DNA of 64,000 nucleotides from assembly GCA_963817895.1 (NCBI GenBank), contig CAWFQB010000009.1, forward strand, positions 64,001 to 128,000. Direction: 5' to 3'. The stretch comes from an uncultured Chthonomonadaceae bacterium (GTDB lineage Bacteria > Armatimonadota > Chthonomonadetes > Chthonomonadales > Chthonomonadaceae). The notes under the pieces were generated by a model. It was not told where the DNA came from. It worked only from the letters and a program-made list of their open reading frames with translations, and did not search any database. Every line of letters begins with the position of its first letter. Positions within the stretch are counted from its first letter, which is position 1. Positions 33,658 to 43,129 of this stretch are shown here, in pieces. Made by a program: the position numbers and the translations under genes.

Positions 33658-34461
33658 CTACTGGCCGCGCAATTTGTCGCGCATCTCTGCCAATTTCTCT
33701 GTTGCGTGTGTGTTGTACGGGTTTAACCGCACTGCCAGCGTGTACTCCTGTTGTGCCTTTGGCAAGTCGCCGCGCACCTCTGCTATATCACCGATATCCA
33801 TGTGCGCTTCTGCCTGTGTCGTTACGTCCGCTCGGTCACGCGCAGCCTCTAAGAAGTAGCCTTCGGCCTTATCATAGTGCTTCTTCTCTGCGGCGAGCGC
33901 TCCCAGAGAGAGCGAGACGAACCCCTGTTTGGGGTCCAGAGCAAGGCTTTGTTTATATGCGGTCTCCGCCTGATCATAGTGCTTCATACCCCACTCACAG
34001 TTCCCCATTTCCCGGTACGCTACGCTCGCTATCATAGGCTGCATTTTGACCATAGGAGGAATGTGCCCGAACGCCTCTACTGCTTCGGTGAGCCGACCAC
34101 ATCCCATAAGGCTGTATCCCAGGTATCGGTACACCTGCCATTGTCCCAGGTGCAGATGCAGTCCCGTGTGGAAGGCATCAACAGCATCCGTGTACCGCTT
34201 GTCACGGAAGTAGGCCACGCCGAGCGTGAAGTACGCACTCGCGTCCGAGGGGCGGGCGCGTACTTTTGCCAGCGCGTTGCTTACTGTTGGTATCTTGGAA
34301 GGCACGTACACTCGGTCGGCAATCAGGGGATATGACTTCATCGGGGCGGGGGCGTTCTGCGTCGCCATGCCACTCTCTCGTTTCCCGCAACCCAAGCCAG
34401 ACAATACCAAAGCGCAGGCGCAAGTGGCAATCATTCCCTGTGGTGTAAGTCGCATATCCAT
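33658..34461 (-). CDS. TPR-repeat lipoprotein
   Basis: Lipobox-like LSGLGC; TPR units AYFTLGVAY, AYREMGNC, LALDP, VRLNP. Confidence 0.8.
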   Translation of the reverse strand: MDMRLTPQGMIATCACALVLSGLGCGKRESGMATQNAPAPMKSYPLIADRVYVPSKIPTVSNALAKVRARPSDASAYFTLGVAYFRDKRYTDAVDAFHTGLHLHLGQWQVYRYLGYSLMGCGRLTEAVEAFGHIPPMVKMQPMIASVAYREMGNCEWGMKHYDQAETAYKQSLALDPKQGFVSLSLGALAAEKKHYDKAEGYFLEAARDRADVTTQAEAHMDIGDIAEVRGDLPKAQQEYTLAVRLNPYNTHATEKLAEMRDKLRGQ

Positions 34462-34511
34462 CTCTCCCATGTACGGCGTCCAGAGGGCGTCCGTGTCCAT
34501 CCATACGGACA

Positions 34512-34614
34512 ACCCAAGTTGCTACCTTGATTTCTGAATTTGAAGCTATCAGGCGCAAAGTGCTACTTTTGGTATACTACTATCTCAAACACGGTTTAAG
34601 GTAGCAACTTGGGT
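34512..34614. mobile_element. MITE-like element, 103 bp
   Basis: TIR ACCCAAGTTGCTACCTT / AAGGTAGCAACTTGGGT; flanks TACGGACA / TACGGATA resemble an 8-bp TSD. Confidence 0.7.
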
Positions 34615-34752
34615 TACGGATAATATTTTACATTCGTTAAATTGTATACTCACATGTGGATTGCCATTTGTCGGGAAAGTAGGCAACGGCTTTATTGAGA
34701 ATACCGTACTAAAATTACATCAGCAGCAGAATGTTTCAGGAAGAGGTTTCGT

Positions 34753-35424
34753 GTGGCAGACAAAAACGTATCTGTAGCCAACATCAGCCAATTAACAGTC
34801 CCATTCGTTGGGTTGGGGGCAAGTCGCGCCTGCGCAAGCAGATTATTCCCTTACTGCCTCCGCATACCTGCTATGTGGAACCCTTTGCCGGGGGCGCGTG
34901 GGTGCTATTCGGCAAGCCGTCGAGTCCTGTGGAAGTTCTCAACGACGTAGATCAGGAACTCATCAACTTTTTCCGCGTCGTGAAGAACTGCCCTGAAAAG
35001 TTAATCCAATCCTTTGAATGGGAACTGGTTGCCCGCGCCGAATTTCAGCGACTTGCCGGTCTTGATCCCGCCGAACTTGATGAAGTGCAGCGCGCCCACC
35101 GCTTCTATTACCTCATTATGGCGGGATGGGGCGGGGAATTGGACTACCCGCGCTTTCAAACCAGTATCACGGATGGCGGCGGCGGCAATCGTCTTATCGG
35201 CGCGTTAAAGACGCTGCAAGAGCGTTTGAAACCGGTGCATGACCGTCTGCGCTCCGTCATTATCGAATGTCTGGATTGGCAGCAGTGCCTCGACCGCTAT
35301 GACCGACGGAAATACGCGCGTCCTCAATCGCGAAGTGTTGATTGCCAACTTCAACCTGCGCGAACAGAAACCCTCCATGGACGAAGAGAAATCGCAGGCC
35401 ATTCTCACTCTGGATGCGGCGTAG
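34753..35424 (+). pseudogene. Dam-like (D12 class) DNA adenine methyltransferase with an internal deletion
   Basis: WVGGKSRL, YVEPFAGG, EVLND present; the sequence jumps from CLDRYD to the C-terminal NREVLIANF with no DPPY. Confidence 0.7.
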
Positions 35425-35542
35425 CAGGCAAACCGCTTAAACACAGCACAATCCCACGTCCGAAGGACGTTTAGCGGAACGCTACACAGACGGGTACGTT
35501 CTCTGTACCCGAAACGCATGGCTCCTCCTTCATCCTTCGCTA

Positions 35543-36805
35543 TCACGCATCCAAAATCAATATCCAATCCGGGCCACTCGGAACCGGGGGCGTGAATTCA
35601 TGCGTGGTATTGGGATAATCGCCGCCGGGTGTTACTTTGCCGCTGCGCGGATCGTACCATGAGGCGCGGAGGGAGTTGCCCGCCAGTCTGCTCAGGTCAA
35701 TGCCTGCGGTCTTGTGCAGGGGGAAATACACAAAAGCGTAATGGCCGTGTTCGTCCCGCGTGGCCTGCAAATGCTCCATGCCCTCGCCCTGCCCGGACGC
35801 AATCAAACTCTGGTCGGGAATACGGGACAGAAACGGACGCGACTCCAGCAGATGCCGAACATGAAGCATCTGGTTCGCGCCCGGCAATACTAAAGCGTCC
35901 TTCCAATCGGTACGCGCCGAAGAAACCGCCGGGAAATCCGCCGCGCCCAAAAACTGCCAGATGTCGTGACAGCCATACGTGTGCCCGCAGGCTCCCGCGA
36001 ACAGGTCCCAGTACGCGAATTTGCGAACGTCGTGGGCGTCCAGAAAGCCGTTCTTCGGATCGAAGCTGCTCGGATGGTCTTCGTAGCCGGGTTCCGCGTC
36101 CAGACACGGCTTTGTGGGCGACAGCGCGTAATCGTGAGCAATCGAGTTGTAGCAGTCCCGGTTACGAACATGCCCCGTCTGGTACATGTTGAAGTCCAGC
36201 CAGTCGGCATGATGAAAATATTGCGACGAGGTTTGCTGCCCCTGCGGATGAAATGTTTGCAGATGCGCCCCGCCGTCGCCCGCCTTCAACCCCGCCGCCA
36301 TGTTCCGAATAATGGCTGTATGCGTCTCGGTTTCAACCGGACGGTCCCCGCCAAGTATCCAGATAATGGGTTTGTCGCGATAACGTTTGCCCAAAAACTC
36401 GCCCCACCCGAAAGCGTTTTCGGGCGTGAACAACTCCGGCCCTGCGCCCCACTTTTTGTTCCACTTGTCGCCCCACGTCGGCAGCATCCCCGTCCATATC
36501 TTATGCGAGGCGGCTTTATCTACAATATAATCCACATGCTGAAAGTACGCTTCCACAGGCTGCTTGACATCGTTGTTGACCAGCGGCAGATGCCCGTACG
36601 GATTGGGCTTATCGAAGCCATGTTCAGCAAGAACAACGGCCTGAATCACGGTAAAGCCCTGCTTCGCCCGCGTCTGTAGATAGTGATCGGCCTGTTCGCG
36701 GTTCAGCCGGTGAAACAGTTCCCATGCGGTATCGCCCAGATAAAAGAACGGCGTCTGGTTCTCATACACCAGAAAACGCTTGTTGTCGCTCACGCGCAGT
36801 CGCAT
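35543..36805 (-). CDS. DUF4038 / GH140 apiosidase-like protein with a C-terminal putative collagen-binding domain
   Basis: PFFYLGDTAW, QGFTVIQAV, IIWILGGD, KPCLDAEPGYE, GHTYG, WYDPRSG. Confidence 0.85.
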   Translation of the reverse strand: MRLRVSDNKRFLVYENQTPFFYLGDTAWELFHRLNREQADHYLQTRAKQGFTVIQAVVLAEHGFDKPNPYGHLPLVNNDVKQPVEAYFQHVDYIVDKAASHKIWTGMLPTWGDKWNKKWGAGPELFTPENAFGWGEFLGKRYRDKPIIWILGGDRPVETETHTAIIRNMAAGLKAGDGGAHLQTFHPQGQQTSSQYFHHADWLDFNMYQTGHVRNRDCYNSIAHDYALSPTKPCLDAEPGYEDHPSSFDPKNGFLDAHDVRKFAYWDLFAGACGHTYGCHDIWQFLGAADFPAVSSARTDWKDALVLPGANQMLHVRHLLESRPFLSRIPDQSLIASGQGEGMEHLQATRDEHGHYAFVYFPLHKTAGIDLSRLAGNSLRASWYDPRSGKVTPGGDYPNTTHEFTPPVPSGPDWILILDA

Positions 36806-36880
36806 CGTTGCTCCCTCATCAGGTTGTTAGTTGTTAGTTGTTAGGTCAATGCGGGTACGCGGCGTTGGGGAAGGCTGTTC

Positions 36881-38083
36881 TTATGGTTCGCTGATAACGC
36901 CAAGGAACAGCAGCGCATCGGAATCGGAATTTACAATCGCGCAAACAAACGGGCGGTCTGCGACAAAATTAAAGCGCGGCGCTTCGACATAGGCGCAGCC
37001 GGCAGTCATTTCGATTGCGGTAACAGCCGCCGCCTCTGTGCCTTTCTCATTAACTTCGACAAAGGCGCGATGTTTGACGCCGGTGAGGAAGAACTCCTTT
37101 GCCAATCGCTCAAAATCTGCCTGCGGCCACTCAAACGCTATGCCCATTCCCATGTTTGCAAGAGGCTCACGTAGTTCTACCGCGTAATCAAGGCGGAAAC
37201 GCGGCAGGGCGATGTCGCCCTCACACTCCTGCATCTGCGTTCGATAGTTATTCCAATTTTCCGGCGTGAGTTGGGTCAAAAACCTGTCCATGCGGGTTTT
37301 AGGGTCCGGCAGCAGTATCCGCATGTGAAACCGTTCGCCTTTGTAGGGCAATTGAACGGCCTGAAAGTTTTTACCCTGATGATACAAGTACGCGCCGCCC
37401 TGACGCATTTGCGGACACGTTAGTTTTCTGCCGTCTTCACAGGCGAACAGACAGTAGCGCGTCAATCCTTTCTCAAATGGATCACGCCACAGGCCTTTGA
37501 AATAGATCGCGTTGAGCAGAATGGCATCGGTATCCGCCATGTCCTCATCCCTGACAATGGAGGGTATTTTGCCGTTCGTCGCCTGCGAAACCCACTGGTT
37601 GATAGACGCTGCGGTTTCCGGCAACACGCCGACTTCCGCGCGATAAATCTCCTTCAAACCGCTCACCACTTCCGGGTTGAACACGAACGGCTTGCGGACA
37701 AACAGAGCGTTCGCGATACGCGCCTGAACGCCCTCCTGCGTCGCGTCGAAACTTTGCAGCAGTTTGGCATTGAATTGGTTCAGGGCTTCCAAAGTAGTGT
37801 CGCCAAGTTGAAGCGCCTGCGCCATTGCCTGCCGCGTTGTGCCGCCCGCGCCGTTGTACACCATTTGCAGCGCGAGCGCAATGCTGACGGGCGAGAAAAA
37901 TACGCTCTTGCCCTGCTGTTGTTTGCGCAGTTGGGCAAGCAGAGCGAATCCGAAAGCATTATTGGCGGCTGTCAATTGCGCGTCACCATCCAACAAATCA
38001 GTAGTACCTTCCTGATTGGAGGATTGCTGAGAATCTTGCTGCTCGTGCCAGGGCCAAAATCGTGTCCTTGAATGGTCAGCCAT
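36881..38083 (-). CDS. Serpin family protein
   Basis: FFSPVSI, LNAIYFKGLW, EVNEKGTEAAAVT, FVADRPF, LLFLG. Confidence 0.95.
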   Translation of the reverse strand: MADHSRTRFWPWHEQQDSQQSSNQEGTTDLLDGDAQLTAANNAFGFALLAQLRKQQQGKSVFFSPVSIALALQMVYNGAGGTTRQAMAQALQLGDTTLEALNQFNAKLLQSFDATQEGVQARIANALFVRKPFVFNPEVVSGLKEIYRAEVGVLPETAASINQWVSQATNGKIPSIVRDEDMADTDAILLNAIYFKGLWRDPFEKGLTRYCLFACEDGRKLTCPQMRQGGAYLYHQGKNFQAVQLPYKGERFHMRILLPDPKTRMDRFLTQLTPENWNNYRTQMQECEGDIALPRFRLDYAVELREPLANMGMGIAFEWPQADFERLAKEFFLTGVKHRAFVEVNEKGTEAAAVTAIEMTAGCAYVEAPRFNFVADRPFVCAIVNSDSDALLFLGVISEP

Positions 38084-38180
38084 GTTCGTTTCGCCTCCCT
38101 GATATGGATATGCGACGTACTGGAAACGCGCGTTTGTTCGCCAACCGGCAAAACTAACGACCAGCCACTAACCACCCACT

Positions 38181-39104
38181 TCACGCTTCCAGATAGCGAA
38201 TATCCTCTTCGGTCAGCGTGACGCCGATGGCGGGCAGGCTGGATTCCAGTTCCTCCACTGTGCGCGGGCCGAACAGGGCGAAGACCGGAAACGGCTGATG
38301 CAGCACATACGCGAGGGCGATGTTGTTGGCCGTCGCGCCGTGTTTTGCGCCGATCTCCTGCGCGCGTTTCAGGCGTTCCCAGTTCTGGTCGCTGTAAAAG
38401 ATGCGCTCCACATCCGCGTTGGTATGTACATCCGGCGTATAGCGTCCTGTGAAAAAGCCGCTGGCCTGCGCCGACCAGGGAAAGAGGGGGAACTGGTGTT
38501 CCTTATGCCACGCTTTGCCCGCCTCATCCAGTGTCACGCAACCCGCCCACATCGGGCCGGAGGGGACGGCAAAACTCAGGTGTGGACTGCTGGCGACGAA
38601 GGGCTTCAAGCCGTACATTCCGGCGTAGTTATTCGCTTCCTGTATGCGTTTGGTTGTCCAGTTGCTGCCGCCGAACGCCCGAATTTTGCCCAACCGGCAC
38701 TGCTCATTCAAACACTCCACAATCGGGCCGACAGGAACGTTCGGATCGTCGCGGTGCAGCAGGTACAGGTCAATGGTTTCGATTTGCAGCCGATTCAGGC
38801 TTTCGGTCAAATCGGCCAGTATCGCTTCCGGGTTGACGCGCGAACCATTGCTGTCGTGGTGCGCTCCCTTGTCCAGAACAACCATCTTCTCGCGGTTATT
38901 GTCCCGGTTGAGCCAGTTGCCGACTGCCCGCTCGCTTTTGCCGCTCCCATAAATATGCGCCGTATCCAGGCACGTTCCGCCCGCCGCCACAAACGCATCC
39001 AGCAGGGCGTTCGTCACGTCCTGATTGTCCGGCGAACACGCCATTGTGCCAAGTACCAGTTCCGAAATCGGCTGTTCCAGACCGTCTACGCTGCCGTGCT
39101 TCAT
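38181..39104 (-). CDS. Aldo/keto reductase
   Basis: LVLGT, DTAHIYG, SLNRLQIETIDLYLLHRD, GKIRAFGGSNW. Confidence 0.9.
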   Translation of the reverse strand: MKHGSVDGLEQPISELVLGTMACSPDNQDVTNALLDAFVAAGGTCLDTAHIYGSGKSERAVGNWLNRDNNREKMVVLDKGAHHDSNGSRVNPEAILADLTESLNRLQIETIDLYLLHRDDPNVPVGPIVECLNEQCRLGKIRAFGGSNWTTKRIQEANNYAGMYGLKPFVASSPHLSFAVPSGPMWAGCVTLDEAGKAWHKEHQFPLFPWSAQASGFFTGRYTPDVHTNADVERIFYSDQNWERLKRAQEIGAKHGATANNIALAYVLHQPFPVFALFGPRTVEELESSLPAIGVTLTEEDIRYLEA

Positions 39105-39241
39105 TTGAACTCCTTATGGTAAACTTACGGAAGATTTGATTTTCATTATGGCACGATTTTGGGCGTTGCAAGTGAAGGAGGCAACAAGCAATCAGAATAA
39201 GGCTACGAAGGGTTGTCGCTAAACAGGCGCGGAAATGGGAT

Positions 39242-40060
39242 ATGGCACGAAGTATGAGCATACGAAATAGTACGACAATGCGGGTAGCGGTCACTCTGGC
39301 GCTGACAACGCTGACGGCAGGAGGCATTATTCGGCTGCGCTTGCCGGTCGGAGTGAACGCGCAGCAGCAAGCGAAAGAGCGCGCGCTGACGCCGCCGGGC
39401 ATGGTGTACGTGCCGGGTGGCGAGTGTCTGCTCGGCAGCGATGACCCGGACAAGGACGAGGATATTGCGCCGCTGCACCGCGAGAACGTGCCCTCGTTTT
39501 ATATGGATCGGACGGAAGTGACCAATGCGGAGTACAAGCGCGTCGTGCCGTCTCACGAGTTTCCGCTTGGGGAAGCCAATCTGCCGGTCACGAACGTAAT
39601 CTATGCGGAAGCCGAGGCATACGCGAAAAAGGTGGGCAAGCGGTTGCCAACGGAAGCGGAGTGGGAAAAGGCGGCGCGTGGCACGGACGGCAGGAAGTTT
39701 CCGTGGGGAAACGACTTTGATGCCAATCGAGTTGCAAGCCGCGCCCACCCCGGCAAAACCCTGACTTCGCGCCCGTCCATGGTGAAAAAGCCCGGACAGT
39801 GCGCTATCGGCACATCGCGGGTTCGCCCGGTGGGAAGCGTCCCGTCCGGCGTCAGTCCCTACGGCTGCGTGGATATGGCGGGCAATGCGTGGGAGTGGGT
39901 ACAGGGCTTCAATCAGGGGAACCAGCAGCAACGTTTGTTACGGGGCGGGGCTGTCGGCTACGGTCAGCGCGACCTGCGCACGTATTCTCACGCCATCGAA
40001 GGCGCGGAAGCAACGTGACGCGACACCGGATTTCGCTGCGCGAAATCAATCAACAACTGA
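39242..40060 (+). CDS. FGE-sulfatase (SUMF1/EgtB/PvdO) domain protein, probably read through UGA 40016-40018 (candidate selenoprotein)
   Basis: EVTNAEY, RLPTEAEWEKAARG, DMAGNAWEW, RGG; in-frame continuation after the TGA is RDTGFRCAKSINN-stop. Confidence 0.8.
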
Positions 40061-40109
40061 ACCTACAAAGTTGGTACAGATGTTCTTTCCATCAATCCTG
40101 ACACGGGAA

Positions 40110-40140
40110 AAGCCGCTTGAAGCACTGGCTTCAAGCGGCT
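40110..40140. terminator. Terminator hairpin between the FGE gene and the tRNAs
   Basis: AGCCGCTTGAAGC / GCTTCAAGCGGCT stem. Confidence 0.65.
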
Positions 40141-40159
40141 GTTTCAACTACAAACAAAG

Positions 40160-40234
40160 GGCGACTTACCGGATTTGAACCGGTGACCTCCTGCTCCACA
40201 AACAGGCGTTCTAACCAACTGAACTAAAATCGCC
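40160..40234 (-). tRNA. tRNA-His (GTG)
   Basis: Cloverleaf with G-1:C73, anticodon loop TT-GTG-GA, T loop TTCAAAT; CCA not encoded; own TTGACA-17-CATACT promoter at 40246-40274. Confidence 0.9.
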
Positions 40235-40286
40235 ATAACACCTCAAGTATGCCATACTACCGAATATCTGTCAAGAAAAATCTCAA

Positions 40287-40361
40287 TACGCCCGGAGGGA
40301 CTCGAACCCCCGACCTTGAAGGTAGAAGCTTCTTGCTCTGATCCAACTGAGCTACGGGCGC
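40287..40361 (-). tRNA. tRNA-Arg (TCT)
   Basis: GCGCCCG/CGGGCGT acceptor stem, anticodon loop CT-TCT-AC, T loop TTCGAGT. Confidence 0.9.
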
Positions 40362-40395
40362 GTAAAAACAGAAGTAAATAAATTTACCATAATTA

Positions 40396-40467
40396 AGCGG
40401 GAGACGGGAATCGGACTCGCGGCAATTTGCTTGGAAGGCAAGGCACTTACCATTGAGTTACTCCCGC
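40396..40467 (-). tRNA. Degenerate tRNA-Gly (TCC), possible pseudo-tRNA
   Basis: GCGGGAG/CTCCCGC acceptor stem and CT-TCC-AA loop, but T loop TCCGATT and mismatched D, anticodon and T stems; TTGACG-17-TATATT promoter at 40484-40512. Confidence 0.7.
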
Positions 40468-40640
40468 AAATGTATTATCTTATAATATAGCACGGAACCG
40501 GCTCTACGTCAAGCGTTTTGTGAAATCCGCGCGTTTTGTTCCGGCAGAGCGCGCGTCTTCATTTCGTTTGACAGGAACCGGTTCCGTATAGTTGCGCCAC
40601 AGTCCAACTATTTTCACCCTCAACTATCAACTGTCATCTA

Positions 40641-40992
40641 TCAACTCCTCAAGCGGCTTTGGCGGCGCGTTTGCGGGCGCGGGGGCGAGACGGGTTCCGC
40701 CGCCAGCACGGGAACCAACTCGGTCGGGCCAACCGGCGTCAGTTCCGACAGGCAGCGATCCACGCACAAAATCTGGCGCGTCACCGTAAAGTCGTGTTCC
40801 AGCGTGTGCAGGGGCAGGCCATGCAATGCGTCGCGGAACCGCTCATATTCCAGCGAGGCCGTTTGGTACAAGCGCAGGGCTTCGGCGCGTTCGCCCATCA
40901 ATGCCCGCGTCCGCGCAGTCCGCGACCTGTTCGCAAAGATTATCGTAAACATCCCCAAGCGTCAGTTCCGTTGTGAATTCTTCTTCGTTCAT
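40641..40992 (-). CDS. Hypothetical protein (one frameshift)
   Basis: MNEEEFTTELTLGDVYDNLCEQ... continues in a shifted frame as ERAEALRLYQTASLEYERF. Confidence 0.5.
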
Positions 40993-41352
40993 GGTTGCTG
41001 TCCCCATTCCAGACCCTGCTTCCCAACGGAAACAGGGCTGCAAAACCCTTCGCAAACGCCATTTCGCGCTGCTGCAATCGGCAGGAATTTTACTCACATT
41101 TACAGAACTACAAGCCGGAACCAAAAACCGGAAAACAAAAATTTCAGCATACAAAAATCAACGAAAATCTTGCAAGTCAGGGTACAATAACGCGGCAAGC
41201 GGGTTCCCTATTTGCCCCTGCCCAACCAGTATTCTCTTATTGTATTATCCTAGATGGCCGGTGAAAACGCAATTTTTCTCCCGCGTTTTACGTGATAGCA
41301 GGGTCGGGCTGGCCTTCCAAAAGGACGCCCTGAACTTCCGGCGGAGTAGATC

Positions 41353-42113
41353 ATGTCCGAGCAGGCATTACCAGAAGCGAGTTCCCCATTGGGGCTGGCC
41401 GGGTTCCAAACCGAGGGGCGAACGCGCGAACCGCAAGTCGAAGCGCAGGTGCAGCGCCTGCTGCATACGCCGCAACACCGCGTTCTGGCGCGAAGCCCGG
41501 CAAGCGGATCGCAAATCCTCCGAATGGGTGCAGGAAGAGACGCTCGTTTGTATGCTGCGCATCTGGAACCGGAGTCGCGAACCGAGCGGATAAGGAAAAT
41601 GCGTGGCATATAGCCGACCTGCTTCTGGAACGCAGCGCGCGGTTCGTGCATCAGCATGTCAGCTGCTGGAAACTGTCGCCCCAACACGTAGACGACTGCA
41701 AGCGCGACATTCAGGTGCAGATGCTGCAAGACCTGTTTAATGACAGCCGGGGTTGTGAGTTCTGGGAAGTGCGCTTCTGGCTGTGTCTGAAACGGCGATT
41801 GCTCAACATCGTGCAGAAATACCGGGGCATGGCGCAGGCCGAATTCGCGCCCGCGCCCCTCGAAGATGAAGAGGGACACGCGACTGACTATTTTGAGCGC
41901 GTGGCCGATGGCGAAACCCTGTCGGCGCACGAGCGCGTGGAGGTGCGCGAAGCCCTGCGCGTCCTGCCCGAACAGGAACGCAAAGCCTTCGTCCTCTACC
42001 ACTACGAAGACTGGTCACAGGAACAAATCGCGGAAACCCTACAGGTCACGGATAGAACCGTCCGCAACCTGCTGTCACGCGCGCAAAAACGACTGGAAGA
42101 ATGGCGGACGTAG
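41353..42113 (+). CDS. ECF-type sigma-70 factor (frameshifted N-terminal half)
   Basis: Region 4 LPEQERKAFVLYHYEDWSQEQIAETLQVTDRTVRNLLSRAQKRL; region-2-like FWLCLKRRLLN. Confidence 0.8.
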
Positions 42114-42319
42114 AGGAAGAGAGAGAAAAGGCGACAAGTTGAAGAGGCGATTTTTACCATCTGTTCTTTATCTCTTTCTTGGCTGTTCTCCTTTTCGTCC
42201 TTGGTGGTGAAAATTTTATGTCACCTTTCCGGTTTCGTTTCACGCGGCATAGTAGCCCTATCAGCAAGCCGCAATGCGCGGTTTAGAATTTTAATTGAGC
42301 AAGACAAACGGGTGATCCA

Positions 42320-42974
42320 ATGAACCAGTATCAATACCGCCGACACAGAGCGGCAGCAGAACGAAAAAGACATAATTTTTGCCGATTGGAGCGAAGACCG
42401 GCAGAGCGCCACGCCGCAGACCTTGCGCGACATGGCTGAACCGATATCCGCAGTATGCCGATGAATTGATTGGCTGGGCGGCGGACGCGCCCACACTGGA
42501 ATGCGCGCTGGAAAATGCTGACGCCGGATTTAGCGGGCGGAAGCGCATACGCTGGCAATCGGGCGCAATGTTCTGGCGGAAATGCGAACGCGCTATTTTG
42601 CCGCGCTGGAAACCGCGCCGCAAGCCCGCCATCGAAGATCTGATTCAGGCCGCAAAAGCGCAGGGATTGACGCCCAAAACGCTTGCCGCGCAAATCGGCG
42701 TGGGCTTGCCGCTTAATCGCCAAATTGCAGCAGCGATTGATTCGCCTGTCCACCATACCCGAAGAACTGGTAAACCGGCTGGCGCAGGCGCTGGATACGG
42801 GCGCGGAACAGGTACGCGCGTATCTTGGCGCGTCCCACCACGCTGGCGGCGGGAGCGAGCTACAAGTCCGATGGCGTCCCGCAGGCGGCGCAGGCGGAAG
42901 ATTTTGACGCGGCGGTTCGCGCCTGCACGGATATGAACGCGGAACAAAAACAGTTCTGGCTGGAACAAAAGTAG
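42320..42974 (+). CDS. XRE-like HTH protein / possible anti-sigma factor (several frameshifts)
   Basis: Fragments join as ...LNRYPQYADELIGW...AAKAQGLTPKTLAAQIGVGLPLIAKLQQRLIRLSTIPEELVNRLAQAL...QKQFWLEQK. Confidence 0.6.
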
Positions 42975-43129
42975 AGCGAGACCAAAGGCAGTTCGGTAAC
43001 TAAAGAAGTTCTCGCAACTTTAGGAGAAAGGAAGACGGAGGTTGGGGGCTATTCGGGTAAAATATGATATACTCTGCGTGTCTGAAACGGTCTCTGCACG
43101 TTTGTTTAAATTTGGTTTTCAGGAATGTC

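Noticed and set aside
39148..39170. sigma54 promoter TGGCACG upstream of the FGE gene
   Set aside because: TTGC is not at the required -12 spacing
40160..40467. tRNA-Sec next to the candidate selenoprotein
   Set aside because: The anticodons are GTG, TCT and TCC, and none has a long variable arm
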